From an uncultured Chloroflexia bacterium (GTDB taxonomy: Bacteria; Chloroflexota; Limnocylindria; Limnocylindrales; CSP1-4): a stretch of DNA of 64,000 nucleotides. Under the pieces are notes generated by a model. It was not told where the DNA came from, did no database searches, and was given only the letters and a program-made list of their open reading frames with translations. The position numbers and the translations under genes are program-made. Location of the stretch: NCBI GenBank assembly GCA_963819655.1, contig CAWFXA010000001.1:588481-652480 (forward strand). Direction: 5' to 3'. Each line of letters starts with the position of its first letter. Positions within the stretch are counted from its first letter, which is position 1. Below, in pieces: positions 60,073 through 64,000 of this stretch.

Positions 60073-60366
60073 CTAGACGGCGATCGACACCGGGCGACCG
60101 GTCGCGTCGTGCGCGGAATCGGCGCAGGCGACCCGACAACCGCGGGCATCGCGACCGCCGAGCGGGTTGAAATGGAACCACGCCTCGCCGGTCTGGGAGA
60201 GACGACAGCCGCACGACGCGCAGGTGACAGGCGCGCCCGCGCCGTCGCGCACCGCGAGCGGGCGGTGGATGTCCGATCCGGACCGGTGGAGCATCTCGAT
60301 CACCTCGTCGCTCGTCGGGGTGGCGGAGCCGCCCACGGTCGTTCCAGGGAGACGTTTCCCCATCAT
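60073..60366 (-). CDS. Small Cys/His-rich hypothetical protein
   Basis: CASCGC..WFHF..GCRVAC..H; fills gap with GC3-rich codons. Confidence 0.6.
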   Translation of the reverse strand: MMGKRLPGTTVGGSATPTSDEVIEMLHRSGSDIHRPLAVRDGAGAPVTCASCGCRLSQTGEAWFHFNPLGGRDARGCRVACADSAHDATGRPVSIAV

Positions 60367-60514
60367 GCAGCGGAGCGTAGGGCTCACGGGACGGCGGCTT
60401 CGGCACCGAGTCGGGACCGGCTCGGTTGCGGGTCGGTATCGCGCCGGCTGGCCCCATCCGAATCCGGTTGGCTGGGTCTATCGGTCTGGCGCCGTGTGGG
60501 TCACCATCGCGCCC

Positions 60515-61045
60515 ATGTCCGACGCTGCGATCGACCCTGTCCAGAGCCCCGAGGCGTATCGGCGCCAGCTCCTCGATCTTCTTGGTGGCGACGATCCCGC
60601 GGCCGTCCAGGCGGCGACCGTCGCCCGACTCCGCGAGCTCGTCCGCGATGCGGGCGACCGGCTCCGCATCCGACCCGAGCCGACAGAATGGTCGGTCGTC
60701 GAATGCATCGGACACCTGGTCGACAGCGAGCTGACCACCGCCGCGCGCGTGCGCTGGATCCTGTCGGAGGACCAGCCAGACATCGTCGGCTACGACCAGG
60801 ACCTGTGGGTCGATGGGCTCCGGCACCGTGACGACGATCCGGACGACCTGATCGCGCTCTTCGATGCGCTCCGCGGCGCGAACCTGCGGCTGTGGAAGGC
60901 CCGCCCGCCGGCCGATCGGGAGCGCGTCGGGATCCATCGGGAACGCGGTCCGGAGAGCTACGGGCTGATCGTCCGGCTCGCTGCCGGGCATGACCGATTT
61001 CATATCGGACAGGCTGAGCGAGCGCTGGCCGCGGTCCGGCGCTAG
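60515..61045 (+). CDS. DinB family protein
   Basis: EWSVVECIGHLVDSE, YDQDLW, AGHDRFHIGQ. Confidence 0.88.
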   Translation: MSDAAIDPVQSPEAYRRQLLDLLGGDDPAAVQAATVARLRELVRDAGDRLRIRPEPTEWSVVECIGHLVDSELTTAARVRWILSEDQPDIVGYDQDLWVDGLRHRDDDPDDLIALFDALRGANLRLWKARPPADRERVGIHRERGPESYGLIVRLAAGHDRFHIGQAERALAAVRR

Positions 61046-61998
61046 GCCGCCGTCGACCCGGCGTAGCGTTTTGCAAGGCGACGGAGATGCTCGACGAGCT
61101 CGGGCGGCTCGGTGACGGAGAACTCGGCATCGAGCATGCCCAGGTAGACCGCCATCTGCTCGACGCTGTCGGCGCCCGCCTCGAGGACACACGTCCCGTC
61201 GTCGATCGCCTCGACGGTCGCCACCCACCGGCCGATCCGCTCGGCGACGGTCTGGGCCGGGGCATGGACGACGATCCGGGCGCGGACCTTCCAGGCCGAC
61301 GCGACGCCGCGCGCGACGTAGCCGGCGACGTCCTCGTCCGGCAGCGGGCGCGGCTCGAACCGCGCGCCGAGCGGCAACCTGGGGACGAGCCGGTCGACCC
61401 GGAAGGTTCGCCAGTCCTCCCGGTCGATGTCCCACGCCAGCAGGTACCAGCGCCGGCCCCAATTCACGAGGTGGTACGGCTCGGCCTCGCGGCGGGTCGC
61501 GACACCTTCGCGGTCCTTGTACGAGAACCGCAGCCGCTCGTGATCGCGACACGCCCCGGCGAGCAGCGTCAGGACACCCGGATCGACGGTCGGCTCGCGC
61601 TCGTCGCGCGGGACGAGCACCGTGAATGCCTGCAGTGCATTGACCCGCCGCCGAAGCCGGCGCGGCAGGACCTGCTCGAGCTTCGCCAAAGCCCTGAGCG
61701 AGGTTTCCTCGATCCCACCGATCGCGCCGCCCGCTGCCGTCTGCAACCCGACCGCGACCGCGATCGCCTCCTCGTCGTCGAGCAGGAGCGGCGGCAGGTT
61801 CGCTCCGGCCTCGAGCCGATAGCCGCCGATCGCGCCGCGCGTCGCATGCACCGGATAGCCGAGCGCCCTCAGGCGGTCGATGTCGTTGCGCACCGTCCGG
61901 GTGGTCACCTCGAGCCGTTGGGCGAGCTCGGTGCCGGTCCAGTCGCGCGGCGTCTGGAGCATCGAGAGCAAGCGCAGCAATCGGGCGGAGGGATCCAT
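61042..61998 (-). CDS. YafY-family HTH + WYL domain transcriptional regulator
   Basis: ELAQRLEVTTRTVRNDIDRLR..GGYRL, RWYLLAWD..WRTFRVDR. Confidence 0.93.
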   Translation of the reverse strand: MDPSARLLRLLSMLQTPRDWTGTELAQRLEVTTRTVRNDIDRLRALGYPVHATRGAIGGYRLEAGANLPPLLLDDEEAIAVAVGLQTAAGGAIGGIEETSLRALAKLEQVLPRRLRRRVNALQAFTVLVPRDEREPTVDPGVLTLLAGACRDHERLRFSYKDREGVATRREAEPYHLVNWGRRWYLLAWDIDREDWRTFRVDRLVPRLPLGARFEPRPLPDEDVAGYVARGVASAWKVRARIVVHAPAQTVAERIGRWVATVEAIDDGTCVLEAGADSVEQMAVYLGMLDAEFSVTEPPELVEHLRRLAKRYAGSTAA

Positions 61999-62021
61999 GT
62001 CTGATGGAACGTTAACACGCA

Positions 62022-62044
62022 ATTAGGAACGAATTCTTCCTAAT
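62022..62044. promoter_or_regulatory. Perfect inverted repeat ATTAGGAA-N7-TTCCTAAT, putative WYL regulator operator
   Basis: AT-rich palindrome in the divergent promoter between regulator and MFS. Confidence 0.7.
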
Positions 62045-62091
62045 CGACTGGTACCGTGAAACCGATGACAAACGGACCGATGGAGGCACCC

Positions 62092-63762
62092 GTGACGACA
62101 CCTGCCCAAGCCCAACCTACGTTCGTCGACCGCCCGCCGATCGAGCTGCCGCACCCCGTGCGGATGCGCATCCTCGGCGCGGTGATGATCGGCGTCTTCC
62201 TCGCCGCGCTCGACCAGACCGTGGTCGGGACGGCCCTGCCGCGCATCATCACCGACCTCGGCGGCAACGAGCTGTACACCTGGGCATTCACCGCCTATCT
62301 GCTGACCTCGACGATCAGCGGCCCGCTGTACGGCAAGCTATCGGACCTGTTCGGCCGCCGACCGATCTTCCTGTTCGGCATCGGCATCTTCATGGTCGGC
62401 TCGCTACTCGCCGGCCTATCGCAGGAGATGTGGCAGCTCATCGGCGCCCGCGGAATCCAGGGTCTCGGTGCCGGCGCGCTGTTCCCGATCGCGCTCGCGG
62501 TCATCGGCGACCTGTTCGCCCCGTCCGAGCGTGGCAAATACCAGGGCCTGTTCGGCGCGGTGTTCGGTCTGTCGGTACTCATCGGCCCGGCGATCGGCGG
62601 CCTGCTGACCGATTCGATCGGATGGCCGTTCGTGTTCTTCATCAACCTGCCGATCGGGGCGATCGTGTTCGCGGTCGTCTGGCGCAACCTGCCGTCCTAC
62701 CACCTTGGCGAGGGCCGACCGTCGATCGACTACGCCGGCGCGGCGCTGTTCACCGCGGCCCTCGTGCCCATCCTCGTCGGGCTGACGAACAAGCAGTCGG
62801 CCGACTGGACCGATCCGTCGGTCGGCGGCCTGATCGCGCTCGGTGCGGTCATCGCGGTGGGCTTCATCCTCGTCGAGGCACGCAGCCGCGAGCCGATCGT
62901 CCCGCTCAGCCTGTTCCGCAACCGCTCGTTCACGATCTCGGTCGCGGCCTTCTTCCTGACGTCCTTCGGCTTCTTCGCGACGGTCGTCTTCCTGCCGCGC
63001 TGGTTCCAGGTCGTCAACGGCTCGTCCGCGACGGAGTCGGGCTATCAGATCCTGCCTCTGCTCGGCGGTCTGATCCTGAGTGCCACAGGCGCCGGCCAGA
63101 TCGTCGCGCGGACAGGTCGCTACAAGCTGCTGATCTTCGGCTCTCTCGTCACGATGGCGGTCGGGCTGTTCCTCCTGACCAACCTGCGAGCCGACACGCC
63201 GATCCCGCTGCTGTGGCTGTGGATGTTCGTCGCGGGGCTCGGCGTCGGTCCGACGTTCGCGGTGTTCACACTCATCGTGCAGAACAACGTGCGCGTCGAG
63301 CAGCTCGGGACGGCGACCAGCAACCTGACGTTCTTCCAGCAGGTCGGCGGGACCGTCGGCCTGGCGATCACCGGCACGATCTTCAGTACCTCGCTCGTCG
63401 AGGAGGCGCCGCGGCAGCTCGCCGCGGCAGACGTGCCGCCCGAGCTTGCGACTGCGCTGGCCGGTGGTGGCGTCCAACCCGATGCGGTTGCTGGGGTCGG
63501 CGACCTTGGGGCGGCGATCCTGGCCCAGGTACCTGCCGCGTTCCGCGCCCAGGTCGAGCCGTTCATCCCGGCGATCGTCGACGCGATCCACCAGGCGTTC
63601 TCGATCGCGACGGCGAACACATTCGTCATCGGGGTCGGGGCGTCGCTCCTGGCGGCGGCATTGGTTGCGATGCTGAAGGAGGTACCGATGCGGCACGAGG
63701 CGCCGGCGCCCGGGTCGGCTCCGGTCGCGTCCGCTCGTGCCGTCGGGGAGCCGGGCGCGTAA
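62092..63762 (+). CDS. DHA2 (EmrB/QacA) 14-TM MFS efflux transporter
   Basis: ALDQTVVGTALP, GKLSDLFGRR, FFINLPIG, EPIVPLSLF; GGAGG before GTG 62092. Confidence 0.92.
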   Translation: MTTPAQAQPTFVDRPPIELPHPVRMRILGAVMIGVFLAALDQTVVGTALPRIITDLGGNELYTWAFTAYLLTSTISGPLYGKLSDLFGRRPIFLFGIGIFMVGSLLAGLSQEMWQLIGARGIQGLGAGALFPIALAVIGDLFAPSERGKYQGLFGAVFGLSVLIGPAIGGLLTDSIGWPFVFFINLPIGAIVFAVVWRNLPSYHLGEGRPSIDYAGAALFTAALVPILVGLTNKQSADWTDPSVGGLIALGAVIAVGFILVEARSREPIVPLSLFRNRSFTISVAAFFLTSFGFFATVVFLPRWFQVVNGSSATESGYQILPLLGGLILSATGAGQIVARTGRYKLLIFGSLVTMAVGLFLLTNLRADTPIPLLWLWMFVAGLGVGPTFAVFTLIVQNNVRVEQLGTATSNLTFFQQVGGTVGLAITGTIFSTSLVEEAPRQLAAADVPPELATALAGGGVQPDAVAGVGDLGAAILAQVPAAFRAQVEPFIPAIVDAIHQAFSIATANTFVIGVGASLLAAALVAMLKEVPMRHEAPAPGSAPVASARAVGEPGA

Positions 63763-63806
63763 CGGGTCCGGCGCTAGAGCCCGACGCGCAAACGCTTCTA
63801 TTCGGG

Positions 63807-63850
63807 TGGGGGCCCGGTGGTCCGCTGGGGGCGGGCCGCCGGGCTTCCCA
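63807..63850 (+). terminator. Long GC/GU hairpin downstream of MFS gene
   Basis: TGGGGGCCCGGTGGTCCGC/GCGGGCCGCCGGGCTTCCCA ~19-bp stem with G-U pairs on plus strand; no U tract. Confidence 0.45.
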
Positions 63851-64000
63851 GTGTCCTAGCCCGGCAGTGGAATCGCGACCTCGGCGACGGTCTGGGGCGC
63901 GGGATCGGCCTCGACAGAGCTGACAGGCACGACGGGTTCCACGACCCACGTCTCCCCCGCCAGCCGCTCCGAGAGAGCGAGCTGCCTCGCCAGTACCGAT

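Overview
GC-rich, gene-dense bacterial chromosome segment. Gene content suggests a Chloroflexota (Limnocylindria/Ellin6529-like) or actinobacteria-like organism; this is inference only. (1) 1-18.8 kb is an accessory island: SulP, K+ channel, three AI-2E permeases, SPFH, PLDc_N/SHOCT protein, arylsulfatase, CYTH and CYTH-Ppx genes, and a patch of decaying genes. Its promoters share a TCAYCC-N5-GGRTGA palindrome at a nearly fixed distance from the start codons. (2) 18.9-37 kb holds tyrosine catabolism (hppD, FAH), a DUF5317 gene, an S9 peptidase, proC, a ferredoxin, a blue-copper protein, a polyamine ABC transporter, a DksA-like protein and a Thr/Ser dehydratase. (3) 37-45.6 kb is an A2-type heme-copper oxidase operon carrying fused blue-copper domains instead of cytochrome c. 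(4) 45.6-49.6 kb is a tandem duplication of an ECF sigma / membrane beta-propeller pair next to tRNA-fMet. (5) 49.7-64 kb holds transporters, ppc, a two-component system and a WYL regulator/MFS pair. Best candidate for a new system: two unlinked tiny ORFs with good ribosome-binding sites encode signal-peptide-like precursors ending in the same LVx[D/E]xARRW-stop motif. One lies directly downstream of a DUF5317 membrane protein with a signal-peptidase-II-like Asp dyad, suggesting a peptide processing/signalling system. No CRISPR array, rRNA, integrase or transposase was recognised.
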